Source of the DNA: Vulcanimicrobiota bacterium
GTDB taxonomy: Bacteria; Vulcanimicrobiota; Vulcanimicrobiia; Vulcanimicrobiales; Vulcanimicrobiaceae
Assembly: GCA_963812155.1 (NCBI GenBank)
Contig: CAWETW010000002.1
Location: 384,001 to 448,000, forward strand
DNA: 64,000 nucleotides
Direction of reading: 5' to 3'
Shown here piece by piece: positions 52,587 to 62,749 of this stretch. Both the position numbers and the translations under genes were made by a program. Numbering within the stretch: the stretch's first letter is position 1; each line of letters begins with the position of its first letter. The notes below the pieces were generated by a model, which saw only the letters and a program-made list of their open reading frames with translations, had not been told where the DNA came from and ran no database searches.

Positions 52587-53776
52587 AATTTGACGGTGAA
52601 GTTCACGTCTTCGCGGGTCTCCGTGGTCGTGTTGACCGGAATGAGACTGTCGAGATAGCGCAGCTGGCGTGCGGAGACCGACAGCGTGCTCGACGAGTTT
52701 GGAATCTGGAAGGTGAGCTTCCCGCCGTACGAGTTGTCGATCGCATCGAGGTTGCTCAGGCCCGGTAGGCCGTATCCGCCGAACAGCCGGTCGGCGGCGT
52801 AATCGAGATTGAGCGTCAATCCGCTTAGGACTGGGACGGCAACGCCGGCGCCGAGCGAGACTTTGCTCATGTTGGCGTAGTTCGGCACGGCCAGCGGCAC
52901 GCCGGCGCCCGGCAGCTGCCACGAGGATGCGTCTCCCAGCGTGGCCGGCGTAAGCCCGCTGGAATCGCTGCGCGTCAATCGCTCGTAATCGCTCGAAAGC
53001 CCGAACGTCAGCGTGCGCGCCCCGGCACGCACGTCGAGATTCGCGCCGGCTGCCGCGCCGTCGTCGTTCAAACCGACCGAGGGTGCGGCCATCGACGCGC
53101 TTTCCAATCGCGTCGTAAACTTCAGCGGCCCCAAGCGCACCGAGGACGGCACAGCTTGCACCGAACCGGCGGATCCGGCGATCGTTCCGCTCTCGCCGAA
53201 CGCAAGCGCCGAGCTCGCCGCAACCGTAGGCGCCGTGCCGTGCACGAGTCCGCCGAGCGAGAACGCGCCGGATTGCGGCGATACGAGCGTAACCCGCGCG
53301 ACCGGCTGGTACTGGCCGGCGGTGAACGTGGTCGCCGAAATGCGTGCGGCGTCGTCGCGCGCCGATGCGTCGTCGTCGCTTTGAGGCGTGACCGCGAAAC
53401 GAAGATTCGAGCGCAGCAGGGGCGCACCGACGGATTGCGCGAGATCGAACGCGGCGCCGTCGGATGCAACGAATCGCGCGTTGCGCGACGATGCGAACGT
53501 CGGCGACGATCCCGGACGGCGCTCGAACGTCGCCGAACGCAAAGCCGGCGCGGTTCCCAAAGCGAGATCGCGCAACGGAGACTCGCTGATGCGATCGCCG
53601 TACGCGGCGGCAAGCGCAGCACTGGCGTCGGCCGACTCGCCGAAGATGCGCATCATGACTTGCGCGGGGAGATCGAACGACGCGGTGCCCGCAACGTGCG
53701 GCGACGCCGAGGCAATGCGAGGTACGAGCGCTACTGCGAGCGCCGCCGAGGCGATCAAGCCGGCCAGCCTACGCAC
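52583..53776 (-). CDS. Putative outer-membrane beta-barrel protein
   Basis: GGAGGAGG RBS, signal peptide, amphipathic beta-strands, C-terminal DVNFTVKF. Confidence 0.65.
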   Translation of the reverse strand: MRRLAGLIASAALAVALVPRIASASPHVAGTASFDLPAQVMMRIFGESADASAALAAAYGDRISESPLRDLALGTAPALRSATFERRPGSSPTFASSRNARFVASDGAAFDLAQSVGAPLLRSNLRFAVTPQSDDDASARDDAARISATTFTAGQYQPVARVTLVSPQSGAFSLGGLVHGTAPTVAASSALAFGESGTIAGSAGSVQAVPSSVRLGPLKFTTRLESASMAAPSVGLNDDGAAAGANLDVRAGARTLTFGLSSDYERLTRSDSSGLTPATLGDASSWQLPGAGVPLAVPNYANMSKVSLGAGVAVPVLSGLTLNLDYAADRLFGGYGLPGLSNLDAIDNSYGGKLTFQIPNSSSTLSVSARQLRYLDSLIPVNTTTETREDVNFTVKF

Positions 53777-53869
53777 GTCCTCCTCCACTACGGTTGAAAG
53801 ACACCCTTCCCGTAAACGATGCAAGGGCTCCCGCCGTTACATCGCTCGGACGTTCCATCTTGGAGGCCT

Positions 53870-54274
53870 CTAGGCGCGGTCCCTGGCGATAAATCGCCGA
53901 GCTATCAAAATAGCCGCATAGTCGTCGACCGGCACGGGCGGCATCTGCAAGCCGGCCGGAACCAGACGGCGCCACCCCCGGGGCGGGTGTTCCCGGAAAT
54001 AGAGTTCGCGGGCCCTGCGCGAGGTCTCGAACTCGTCGACCAGGTGGATCGGGACGCCCAAGACGAGCAGCCGTTCCCGCAGCCCGGCGGCGCTGGTCCC
54101 GCGCCCGAGGGCGAGCGCCTCGACGCCGCCGGAAGCAACGAGTGCGGCCAGGCGTTCGACCAGATTCCCGGCGGGGACGACGCCCGATTCAATGACGGCG
54201 CCCGCCGGGTCGAGCAGGGCGAAGCCGGCCTTGTCCCGGCCAGGATCCACCCCTAGGACCGTCCCGGTGCTCAT
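53870..54274 (-). CDS. YqgF/RuvX-like RNase H-fold nuclease
   Basis: VLGVDPGRDKAG, VDEFETS, PVDDYAA. Confidence 0.8.
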   Translation of the reverse strand: MSTGTVLGVDPGRDKAGFALLDPAGAVIESGVVPAGNLVERLAALVASGGVEALALGRGTSAAGLRERLLVLGVPIHLVDEFETSRRARELYFREHPPRGWRRLVPAGLQMPPVPVDDYAAILIARRFIARDRA

Positions 54275-55215
54275 TTACGCTGCGGCGTAAGCACGATGAC
54301 GATCGGGACGCCGCCGATGTGAGGATAGAAGTCCTGCGCTGCAAACGCCGTCAGCACGTAGGTGCCGCGCTTGTCTATCCGCTGCTGCATTTGGGTGGCA
54401 TCGGGGATCAGTTGGAGCGCCTGCACGTTGTCGGCGAGAAACGGCGGCAGCCCCAGGCGCTTGGCCGAGATCGAAACGTAGTTCTGAACCTGCCCGAGTG
54501 CAATGTACGCACTGGCCCCGCTCGCGCCCGGAACTGTCAGTTGCGCGATGACCTGACCTTTTTGGAAGTATCGCTTGTCGTCGGTCCCGTTGACCTCGAA
54601 GTGGATCTCGTCGTTCTGGTAGAGATTTTGATCCGACGTGACCGTCAGCATCACGTTTGCTTGAGTCGTTTTCGCAAGATTCGTTAGCGTGTCGGAAAGC
54701 GTCGCGAGCCGCTTGTCGGCGTCGGGCGGAATGGCGTACGGCTTAAGGCCGAGAAGCGGATAGTTCGCGTTCACGAACTTTACGGCGTCGTAGTAGAACG
54801 ACCGAATCGTCCCCAGGCGCTGGGCTCGCGACGCGTCTCGATCGACGATTCGATAAAATGGAACCATGAGCGCGTCGACTTGGACGACGAGCTTGCCTGT
54901 GTTGACTTTCTTTTCGAGATCCCGCTCGCGATGCGTGAGTTCGGAGATCTGCTGGTTGAGCGAGTTGAGTTTGAAGAACGCCGTTTTTACCTGTTCCGAA
55001 GCGAAGATCGCGACCAGCGTTACGACCAGCGCGATGATCATGCCGGTCGCGATTGCAACGATGGTGGACGTGTAGCGCGGGCGGATGCCGAAGAGCGTAA
55101 GCCGCTGGCGCCCGACCCGGTGGCCGACGCGGTCGCCCACGTAGGCGACTGCGCCCGAAATCAGCATCACGAACAGCACGTTGCCCACGCCGCGTATGAA
55201 TTCGACGAAGTTCAC
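54271..55215 (-). CDS. DUF3084 domain protein
   Basis: GAVAYVGDRVGHRVGRQRLTLFGIRPRYTS. Confidence 0.85.
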   Translation of the reverse strand: MNFVEFIRGVGNVLFVMLISGAVAYVGDRVGHRVGRQRLTLFGIRPRYTSTIVAIATGMIIALVVTLVAIFASEQVKTAFFKLNSLNQQISELTHRERDLEKKVNTGKLVVQVDALMVPFYRIVDRDASRAQRLGTIRSFYYDAVKFVNANYPLLGLKPYAIPPDADKRLATLSDTLTNLAKTTQANVMLTVTSDQNLYQNDEIHFEVNGTDDKRYFQKGQVIAQLTVPGASGASAYIALGQVQNYVSISAKRLGLPPFLADNVQALQLIPDATQMQQRIDKRGTYVLTAFAAQDFYPHIGGVPIVIVLTPQRK

Positions 55216-55234
55216 CCCGCGCTACGCTCCGTCA

Positions 55235-56344
55235 CTAGACCAGCGCCGCCCGGCGCAGCCGGGCGAGCCCGATTGCGGTGAACAGCAGGTTCGGCATCCA
55301 CGCCCAGAGCCACGCGATTGCCAGAAAGGCTTCGCCGAAGAACGAGCACACCGTCATGACGATATAGTAGACGAAGACGATTGCCAGCGACAATCCGAAC
55401 CCCAAGCTCGCGCTGCTGCCGCCGCTGCGTATCGTGCGCAGCCCGAAGGGAACCGCGATCAGAATGAACACGAAGCAGGCAAACGGTCGCGCGAGCTTTT
55501 CCTGATAGGTGGTGACGTACTTTCGCAGCTCGCTCTCCGTCAGTTGTCCCGTTCGGACGATCCCGGCGATTTGAGCGCGGCTCATGTTGTCGGGATCGTC
55601 GTTCTTGATGCGCTTGACGAGGTCGGTTGGATTTTGGCCGATTTCGACCTGCTGTTGCGGTATCGGCGGCTCGGCCAGCACCGAACCGTCGGGATTGAAG
55701 CGGTAGAGGCTGGAATCTTGCAGCAGCCACTTGTCGGCCGTGAACTCGGCCCGGTCGGCGAAGACGATTTGGCGCGGCCGGTTGCGACTGTCGTATTGAA
55801 TCAGCGTGACGTGCAGCAGCGCCTCTGAATTCGGTTCGTAGGCGGTGGCGACGGTGACTTGGCGCCCGCCGCCCGGTAGCGGCGCCGTCACGGTCAGGTC
55901 ACGCCCGTACGCGCTGGTGTGATTGATGACCGAACTTTCGATCTCGACGAGCTGGTCGTTGGCGTACGGAACGAGTGCTTCTTGCAAAAAAAGCGTTACG
56001 AACGACATCACGATGCCGACGGCCAGCAGCGGCATCACGATTCGGCCGAACGTCACGCCCGCCGCTTTCATCGCCGTCAGTTCGCTGTCGCTCGAAAGCC
56101 GCTGGATCGCCAGCAGGGTGCCGAGCAGCAATGCCATCGGGATCACCAGCACGATGTAGGCCGGCAACGACCACGCAAACACGAGCACTGCCGCCCACAG
56201 CGGTGCGTGCTCGCTGCTGACGAGTTTTCCGACGTTGAGGATTTCCGTCGCCGCGAAGATCAGCGTAAACGCGCCCAAGCCGAAACCGAACGGTCCCGCC
56301 AACTCGGTCAGCATGTAACGGTCGAGGATGGTGAACTTTAGCAA
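55235..56344 (-). CDS. LptF/LptG family LPS export permease
   Basis: ILDRYM, PMALL, RLSSDSELTAMKAAG, AWMPN. Confidence 0.92.
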   Translation of the reverse strand: MLKFTILDRYMLTELAGPFGFGLGAFTLIFAATEILNVGKLVSSEHAPLWAAVLVFAWSLPAYIVLVIPMALLLGTLLAIQRLSSDSELTAMKAAGVTFGRIVMPLLAVGIVMSFVTLFLQEALVPYANDQLVEIESSVINHTSAYGRDLTVTAPLPGGGRQVTVATAYEPNSEALLHVTLIQYDSRNRPRQIVFADRAEFTADKWLLQDSSLYRFNPDGSVLAEPPIPQQQVEIGQNPTDLVKRIKNDDPDNMSRAQIAGIVRTGQLTESELRKYVTTYQEKLARPFACFVFILIAVPFGLRTIRSGGSSASLGFGLSLAIVFVYYIVMTVCSFFGEAFLAIAWLWAWMPNLLFTAIGLARLRRAALV

Positions 56345-56394
56345 GCGCCAAAGCGCCTTTTAAACACCCAACTACGCCGGCCACTCACTCCCTG

Positions 56395-57141
56395 TTAAAG
56401 CCTAAAGCCTTCGCCGAGATAGAACGTCCTCGCAATCGGAGAATCGAGCACTTCTTGCGCTGTGCCCGAGACTTCGATGCGCCCGTTATTCATGATGTAG
56501 GCGCGATCGACGATGGCGAGCGTCTCGCGAACTTGATGGTCGGTGATGAGAATGCCTAAGCCGCGGTCGCGCAGTTGGCGGATCATCGTTTGGATATCGG
56601 CGACGGCGATCGGGTCGATGCCCGTAAAGGGCTCGTCGAGCAAAAGAAACGCCGGTTCGATCGCCAGGGCGCGCGCGATCTCGACGCGCCGGCGCTCGCC
56701 GCCGGAAAGACTGTCGCCGCGAGCGTCGACGAAGGCCCGCAGTCCGAACTCCTCGAGCAATGCGGGCAATCGCCGCTCGCGCTCGTCGTGCGGTATGCCG
56801 TTCTGCTCCCAGATGAGCCGGATGTTGTCGCCGACGGAGAGTTTGCGAAAGATCGAGTTCTCCTGTGAGAGATACCCGACGCCGTTGCGGGCGCGCGCGT
56901 ACATCGGCGCCGACGTGAGGTCGATCTTCTTGGACTCCATGTCGAGCAGCACGGTGCCGCCGTCGGGCTTCACCAAGCCCACGACCATGTAAAACGTGGT
57001 CGTCTTTCCGGCGCCGTTCGGACCGAGCAGCCCGACGACTTCGCCGGTGCCGACTTCCGCCGAAACGCCGTTGACGACGGTGCGCTCGCCGTAGCGTTTG
57101 ACCAGCCCGCGCAGTTTAATCGACGATTCTTGACCGTTCAT
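56395..57141 (-). CDS. lptB: LPS export ABC ATPase LptB
   Basis: [48 protein letters not shown]. Confidence 0.96.
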   Translation of the reverse strand: MNGQESSIKLRGLVKRYGERTVVNGVSAEVGTGEVVGLLGPNGAGKTTTFYMVVGLVKPDGGTVLLDMESKKIDLTSAPMYARARNGVGYLSQENSIFRKLSVGDNIRLIWEQNGIPHDERERRLPALLEEFGLRAFVDARGDSLSGGERRRVEIARALAIEPAFLLLDEPFTGIDPIAVADIQTMIRQLRDRGLGILITDHQVRETLAIVDRAYIMNNGRIEVSGTAQEVLDSPIARTFYLGEGFRL

Positions 57142-57695
57142 TGCATTCGCATGTGGGTGAGTGAGATGTCGGATTCAAAGCTCGAGCCGGTGCCGCGAAA
57201 ACCCTTGGGATCCACGATGACGACGTTGCCGTTGCCGCGCAGCGCTTGCCCGGTGCGATCGTAGACGAGCCGGTCGCAATCGAGCTGCATGCCGGTGCTC
57301 GTCTGCGCGTGAACCGGTTTCAGCAGCGTGATCGTATTGGCATCCTCGTCGAGAAGCGCTTGCGGCGCTACGGCGGTCATCGTTCTCCCGTTGCGATCGT
57401 GGAAAGTGACGTGAGCATCTTGGAAAACCGCTCGCGCCTTGCCCTGCGGGCCTTTGCTCTCGTAGGATTTTGCGATCAATTCATACTCGATGCGGTTTTG
57501 GACTTGCTGAATGATGCGTACGGGCCGGTGCGCGCTGCCCTGACCGGTGATGTGGAGAGACGGCGCGGCGGCACTGCGCGGCGGATTCGCGCGTGCCGAA
57601 GGGGCCGGCCTGCTGGCGGGAGCTTGAGGGTTGCACGCGCAGAGCAAGAGGACGGCCGCGAACCGGCCGGCCCGGCGAAGTTCGACGGCGTTCAC
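57138..57695 (-). CDS. lptC: LptC/LptA-like beta-jellyroll protein
   Basis: Position before lptB; beta-rich LDCDRLVYD...GNGNVVI; lipobox-like LCAC. Confidence 0.65.
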   Translation of the reverse strand: MNAVELRRAGRFAAVLLLCACNPQAPASRPAPSARANPPRSAAAPSLHITGQGSAHRPVRIIQQVQNRIEYELIAKSYESKGPQGKARAVFQDAHVTFHDRNGRTMTAVAPQALLDEDANTITLLKPVHAQTSTGMQLDCDRLVYDRTGQALRGNGNVVIVDPKGFRGTGSSFESDISLTHMRMQ

Positions 57696-58909
57696 CGTTG
57701 CCGATCGCCCGGCGGCTCCTTCGGACCGGCCGCGGCCAGCGCCAAGCCCATCGCCGGCAGCCAGAGTCCGAAGATGGCGATGCTCATCGTATCGATCAGC
57801 CCTTGTACGGCAATGCCGGCGAGTCCCGCCGTAACCGCGAGCGCAAGCACCGGCGACGCGGGCCCGCGCGACATCCGAGCGCGCAGTTCCGCCGCAAACC
57901 TCCACGCGAGCCAAGCGAACGCAGCCAACAGCAGTACGCCGCCTTCGGCGAAGAACGTAAGGTAGATGCTATGCGCGTGAAATGCGGTCGCGTCGGCATC
58001 CGGAACGTGCACGAGCGCGTAGAGCAACGGAAAGTCGAACGGTCCCACCCCGGTGAGCGGAAAGCGGTCGATGATTTGCAATGCAGCCTGCCAAATCGAG
58101 AGCCGCGTGTAGTCTTCGCTGGGATCGTGGTGGCTGTTAAAGAGCAGCAGCACGGCGAGCGCGCCTGCGGCAATCGCGAGCAGCGCGACGATGCGGCCGT
58201 GCCTGTTTTCACGCGAGCCCACCGCGACCAGAAACGCGGCCGCCGCCGCTGCGCCCATCCATCCGGCACGCGAAAACGTCAGCACCAGCGCAACCGCGCC
58301 GACACCCATTGCCGCCCATCCGAGCACGCGCAGCGCTCTCGGCGCAGCTTCGCGCGTGGCCGCGTAGGCGATCGGCAACATGACGATCAGATATGCCGCG
58401 AGCTCGCCGGGCAACACGAACGTACCGGTGGCGCGCCCGTGTTGCAACGCGTAGAGCGACGCCGGGGTGCGCGTCACGACCATCGCAATCGCCGCCGCCG
58501 CCGCGAGCGTCCCGGTCGAGAGGTACGCCCAGAAAATCGCGTCGGCGACGCGCGCTGCCCGATAGAAACGCAGCAGGGAACAGTGCCACAAAATACTCGT
58601 TCCGAAAATCCCGACGAACAGAAGACCGCGCAGCGGATCGAAGCCGGCCAGCGCGGCGAGCGTGGCCGCACCGAATCCCGCAAGCATCGGCAACAGCAAT
58701 GGCTGCGAGCGAGGCACGCGATATATGACGAGCAGCGCGCTCGAATAGACGACCAGCGCGCCAACGAGCGCCAGCACGGCGAGCGCGAAGGGCCTGGGCA
58801 CCACCGAAACGCCCGGATACGTGACGCTCGTCAGCACGATGAATGCCGGGTACAGCGGCAGCGCTGCGTAGACGGCCGCAAATCCCAGCGGAAGCGCGCG
58901 TTTCAGCAT
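57692..58909 (-). CDS. O-antigen ligase-like (Wzy_C) membrane protein
   Basis: RATGTF, LTFSRAGW, RLSIW, PLTGVG, HAHSIYL...EGG. Confidence 0.88.
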   Translation of the reverse strand: MLKRALPLGFAAVYAALPLYPAFIVLTSVTYPGVSVVPRPFALAVLALVGALVVYSSALLVIYRVPRSQPLLLPMLAGFGAATLAALAGFDPLRGLLFVGIFGTSILWHCSLLRFYRAARVADAIFWAYLSTGTLAAAAAIAMVVTRTPASLYALQHGRATGTFVLPGELAAYLIVMLPIAYAATREAAPRALRVLGWAAMGVGAVALVLTFSRAGWMGAAAAAAFLVAVGSRENRHGRIVALLAIAAGALAVLLLFNSHHDPSEDYTRLSIWQAALQIIDRFPLTGVGPFDFPLLYALVHVPDADATAFHAHSIYLTFFAEGGVLLLAAFAWLAWRFAAELRARMSRGPASPVLALAVTAGLAGIAVQGLIDTMSIAIFGLWLPAMGLALAAAGPKEPPGDRQR

Positions 58910-60069
58910 TGCGCCGGCGTTGCAACCGCAGCGATGCGCTCGGCGACGCGCCGGGCCGCGCCGGACTCGCCGATGCGTGCTTTTCCGGCAGCCGCCATGC
59001 GCGCGCGACGCAACGGATCGTCGAGCAGCGCCGACACGCCGGCGGCCGCGCTTTCGCTCTCCGCCGGAAGCACCGTCATCGCGTCGCCGAGCAGGCCCGA
59101 TTGGCGTTTGCGGTACCAGCCCGAATCGCGTCCCGGCGGTTCGAACGCAACGACGGGTACGCCGGCAGCCGCGGCCGCTTCGTTTGCGGTGCCCGCCTGT
59201 CCGAGCACGAGCGCCGCGCGACGCAACAGCGGGCCGATCGCACCGCGCCACGCGCGGGCACCGATGCGCCCTGCGGACGCAAGCGTGAAGGGAATCGCTT
59301 CGTCCGTCGTTGCGGCCACATCCCAGCCGCAGCGGCGGGCAATCGCTTCGAACTCGCCGGCGTCGAGTCCGCGTGCGACCGAGAGCACGGAGCCGGCGTC
59401 GGGCCGAGCGTGCGCGACGCGCCGCGCGACGTCCAACAGGAATGCCGCGCTGGCGTACGCGCCGGCGCGACTTCCCGGAAAGAGCACGATCGGCTGCTCG
59501 AAACCTTCGACCGCGGCGCCGGCTCGAGCGTCGTCGGGGGTGGCGAAGAGATCGGCGATGACGTTCGCCGGCGGTTCGACGCGCAGGCCGTGTCGCTCGA
59601 GGCGCTGCGCCGTCGGCGCGTCGCGCACGAAACGTGCGACCGCGCGCCGCAGGAGCCGTTCTTCGAAGGCGCCGTAGGGCGCGACGTCGACGCTCTTCGC
59701 CGTGCCGACGAAGACCGCCGGCGTCCGCGCCTGCAGCGCCATCATTAAGGCGAACGCGTCGCCGACGGCAACGACCGCGGCGTACTCGCCGCGCACCGCG
59801 CGTAAGAAGCGCCGTTGCGCGAGCGTGAGCCCGAGCAGACCCGCCCGCACGTCGCGCACGATGTTGCGCACGTTTCCCATGGCGATCAACCCGCCGCTGG
59901 GCATCGCCGCGCGCGGCCCGACGTCGCGCAACGATTCGGACGGAACGTCGCCGACGAGCGCCAGGTGATCGAGCCCCAGGTTCGGGCGCAGCGCCGCGAG
60001 CTCGACCGCGATCCGTTCGGCAATCGCCGCCTCGCCGTGCCCGTTACTGACGAACAAAACCGCGGTCAT
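58903..60069 (-). CDS. Lipid-A-disaccharide synthase-related GT-B protein
   Basis: SNGHGE, MPSGG, VGD, GTAKS, FPGSR, AGTANE. Confidence 0.8.
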   Translation of the reverse strand: MTAVLFVSNGHGEAAIAERIAVELAALRPNLGLDHLALVGDVPSESLRDVGPRAAMPSGGLIAMGNVRNIVRDVRAGLLGLTLAQRRFLRAVRGEYAAVVAVGDAFALMMALQARTPAVFVGTAKSVDVAPYGAFEERLLRRAVARFVRDAPTAQRLERHGLRVEPPANVIADLFATPDDARAGAAVEGFEQPIVLFPGSRAGAYASAAFLLDVARRVAHARPDAGSVLSVARGLDAGEFEAIARRCGWDVAATTDEAIPFTLASAGRIGARAWRGAIGPLLRRAALVLGQAGTANEAAAAAGVPVVAFEPPGRDSGWYRKRQSGLLGDAMTVLPAESESAAAGVSALLDDPLRRARMAAAGKARIGESGAARRVAERIAAVATPAQC

Positions 60070-60794
60070 GCCGCCGGCAGCAGCGGAACGAGCCCGAAGC
60101 CGGTCAGCGAGAAACGCGCGCGCGATGCGTCGTATGCGAGTTCGCTTCGCGACACGTAGCGTCCGTAAGGTCCGGCATGAACGATCGGTACGTCGCCGGC
60201 ATACTCCGGCTCGAAAAGCGTGTCGTGGCTGTGGCCGCCGAGGAGCAGATCGATCCGCGGGACGCGTTGCGCGAGCGTGCGGTCGAGACGCAAGCCGAGG
60301 TGCGAGAGCACGACCAGCACGTCGCCGCCGGGAATCGTGCGCGCGTACGGCTCGACCGCATCCCACGGGTCGAGAAATCGCCAGCCGAAAACGCGCTCCC
60401 AGGCGCTGCCGGCCGGATATTGCATGATCAGCAACCCGAGCACGTGGACGCGCACGCCTTCGCGCTCCATCGTAAGCGAACGCGCGAAGGGCAACGCACG
60501 TCGTTTCGTGTCGACGAGATTCGTGCAGACCAGGGGATGGCGCATGCGTGCCGCCCGCGCGGCAAGCAACGGAAAGAAATAGTGAAACTCACGGTTACCG
60601 ATGGCCTGAGCGTCGTATCCGGCGGAATCGATTTCGCCGACGATCGGCTCGTTGCGGTGATAGACGGTTTGACTGCCGCGCAACGAATCGCCGCAATCGA
60701 AGAGTAGTCCCGGCTGCGTTTCGCGTAGCGCGCGCAGGGGCGCGACGATCCCGCGGTGGTCGTGAAGATCCGACGTGTGATAGATGCGGATCAC
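60066..60794 (-). CDS. Calcineurin-like metallophosphoesterase (5'-nucleotidase/UshA N-domain only)
   Basis: HTSDLH, DCGD, GNREF, LSHLG, GGHSH. Confidence 0.88.
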   Translation of the reverse strand: MIRIYHTSDLHDHRGIVAPLRALRETQPGLLFDCGDSLRGSQTVYHRNEPIVGEIDSAGYDAQAIGNREFHYFFPLLAARAARMRHPLVCTNLVDTKRRALPFARSLTMEREGVRVHVLGLLIMQYPAGSAWERVFGWRFLDPWDAVEPYARTIPGGDVLVVLSHLGLRLDRTLAQRVPRIDLLLGGHSHDTLFEPEYAGDVPIVHAGPYGRYVSRSELAYDASRARFSLTGFGLVPLLPAA

Positions 60795-61924
60795 GCGGGC
60801 GGCCCCGCGGCCGCTGCGTTCGACTGCGCCAGCGCCACCGCGAAACGCGCGCAACGCTCCAGCGCGTCGGGCGGTCCGAGCGCTCGCTGAAGTTCGTCGA
60901 ACTGCCCGTACTGCCGTCCGGGATCGCGCAGCACCGCGTCCATGGCATCGGCGAGGCGTTCCGGCGTCGCTTCCTCTTGCAGCAGTTCCGGAACGACTTC
61001 GCGCTGCAGCACGAGATTCGGCAGCGTAATGAAACGGTGCTTGATCATCGTGCGCCCGTGCTTGACCAGCACCGGCGTTATGATGTAGAACGCGACCGCG
61101 GGGACGCCGCACAGCAGCGTCTCGAGCACGGCGGTTCCGGAGGCAACCCACGCGGCATCGGCATCCGCGATCGCGTCGATCGTTCCGCGCGCGATCTCGA
61201 TGCCGGTGAGATCGTACCGGCAGATCGTTTGCTCGATGCGCGACGTCGCACGATCGCCGGCCGCACCGAACACGCCGCGAAGCTGCGGGCGGCGCCGTTT
61301 GAGCAGCGCAAACGCACGCGCGAGCGCCGGCAGATGGTAGCGCAACTCACCGCTGCGGCTGCCCGGCAGCATCGCCACGGTGCCGCCGCCGGCGGGAGGC
61401 GCTTGACGCGCGGCGCGCCGCCGGTAGCGTCCGGCGAGCGGATGTCCGAAATACACGACCGGCAAGTTGAGGCTTTCGTAGAACGACGCCTGATGCGCAA
61501 AAGCGGTCATCGGCACCGCCACGCCTGCGACGGCGCGCGCCTTCTTCGGATTATCGAGCCACGTTCCGGGTGGAAAGACGTCGAGCACCGGCCCCGTGTA
61601 ACGCAGTCGCCGCAGCGTCATCGCCAGCCGCAAATTGAACACGCCGAAATCTACCAGCACGACAAGATCCGGCTTCGTCGCAACGAGATGAAAGGCCGTG
61701 CGCCACATAATGGCCAGCAGCTTCGGGATTCGCGGAATCGCCGCCAGCGGACCCATGCTCGCCCAACCCGTATGGTCGCGCCACAGCGTAAAACCCGCCT
61801 CCCGCATCGCTTGGGATCCGATGCCTTCGAATTGCGCGTCTAGGTCGACCTCGCGTATCGCTTGCGCGAGCAACAACGCGCTCGACTCTCCAGATGCCTC
61901 GCCGGTCGAAAAGAAATACCGCAC
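60791..61924 (-). CDS. lpxB: Lipid-A-disaccharide synthase
   Basis: TGEASG, VDFGVFN, FGHPL, LPGSR, ASGTAVLE, TLPNL, PELLQ. Confidence 0.9.
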   Translation of the reverse strand: MRYFFSTGEASGESSALLLAQAIREVDLDAQFEGIGSQAMREAGFTLWRDHTGWASMGPLAAIPRIPKLLAIMWRTAFHLVATKPDLVVLVDFGVFNLRLAMTLRRLRYTGPVLDVFPPGTWLDNPKKARAVAGVAVPMTAFAHQASFYESLNLPVVYFGHPLAGRYRRRAARQAPPAGGGTVAMLPGSRSGELRYHLPALARAFALLKRRRPQLRGVFGAAGDRATSRIEQTICRYDLTGIEIARGTIDAIADADAAWVASGTAVLETLLCGVPAVAFYIITPVLVKHGRTMIKHRFITLPNLVLQREVVPELLQEEATPERLADAMDAVLRDPGRQYGQFDELQRALGPPDALERCARFAVALAQSNAAAAGPPA

Positions 61925-61930
61925 TGCAAA

Positions 61931-61972
61931 GGTCGCGCGGTTAAGCGCCGTGCCGGCGCTTAACGCGCGACC
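61931..61972. repeat. 19-bp-stem inverted repeat between lpxA and lpxB
   Basis: GGTCGCGCG(G)TTAAGCGCCG-TGC-CGGCGCTTAACGCGCGACC. Confidence 0.8.
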
Positions 61973-61981
61973 GTCGCAACG

Positions 61982-62749
61982 TCACTTTAGTATGCCGCGT
62001 TGGGATTCGGCCTCGACGAAGGCGACGATCTCGCGGCCGGGATCGGTCGTGACTTCGGCTTTCATCGCGTCGAGCGCTTTGGAAACCGTGAGTTTCGGAT
62101 CGTAGAGAATTTTGTAGCATTTTTTGATTTCGTTGCGCTCTTCGGGGGAGAAGGCGGCGCGGCGAAGGCCGACGCTGTTGAGACCGTAGGGGCGTGCCGG
62201 ATTACCCTCGATGAGAAAAAACGGCGGCACGTCCTTCGTGAGTTTGGTCGCTCCGCCGACCATCGCGTATCGTCCGATACGCGTGAATTGGTGGACGCCG
62301 GCTTGGCCGCCGATGGTTGCGTAGGCGCCGACGTCGACGTGTCCGGCCAACTGCGCGAGATTACTCATCGTCACGCCGTCGGCGATCGTGCAGTTGTGCG
62401 CGATGTGCACGTAGGCGAGCAGCAAACAGTCGTCGCCGACCGCGGTCACTTCGTCGTGACCCGTTGCGCGCTGGATGCTCACGTACTCGCGCAGCACCGT
62501 CCGGTTTCCGACGCGAGTGAAGGCCCGTTCGCCGCTGTACTTGCGATCTTGCGAGGCGGCGCCGATCGTCGCAAACGGATAAACGTGGCAATCCTCGCCG
62601 ATGCACGTCCAACCGTTGACCACGACGTGCGACTGCAGCACCGTGCGGTCTCCGACGGTGACGTGTTCGCCGATGATGCAGTACGGCCCGATTTCTGCTC
62701 GCCTGGCGATATCCGCGCCGGGGTGAACGATTGCGGTCGGATGGATCAC
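61982..62749 (-). CDS. lpxA: UDP-N-acetylglucosamine O-acyltransferase
   Basis: IHPTAIV, hexapeptide repeats, QDRKY, HIAHNC, LAGHV, VHQF, KDVPP, LNSVGL. Confidence 0.96.
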   Translation of the reverse strand: MIHPTAIVHPGADIARRAEIGPYCIIGEHVTVGDRTVLQSHVVVNGWTCIGEDCHVYPFATIGAASQDRKYSGERAFTRVGNRTVLREYVSIQRATGHDEVTAVGDDCLLLAYVHIAHNCTIADGVTMSNLAQLAGHVDVGAYATIGGQAGVHQFTRIGRYAMVGGATKLTKDVPPFFLIEGNPARPYGLNSVGLRRAAFSPEERNEIKKCYKILYDPKLTVSKALDAMKAEVTTDPGREIVAFVEAESQRGILK

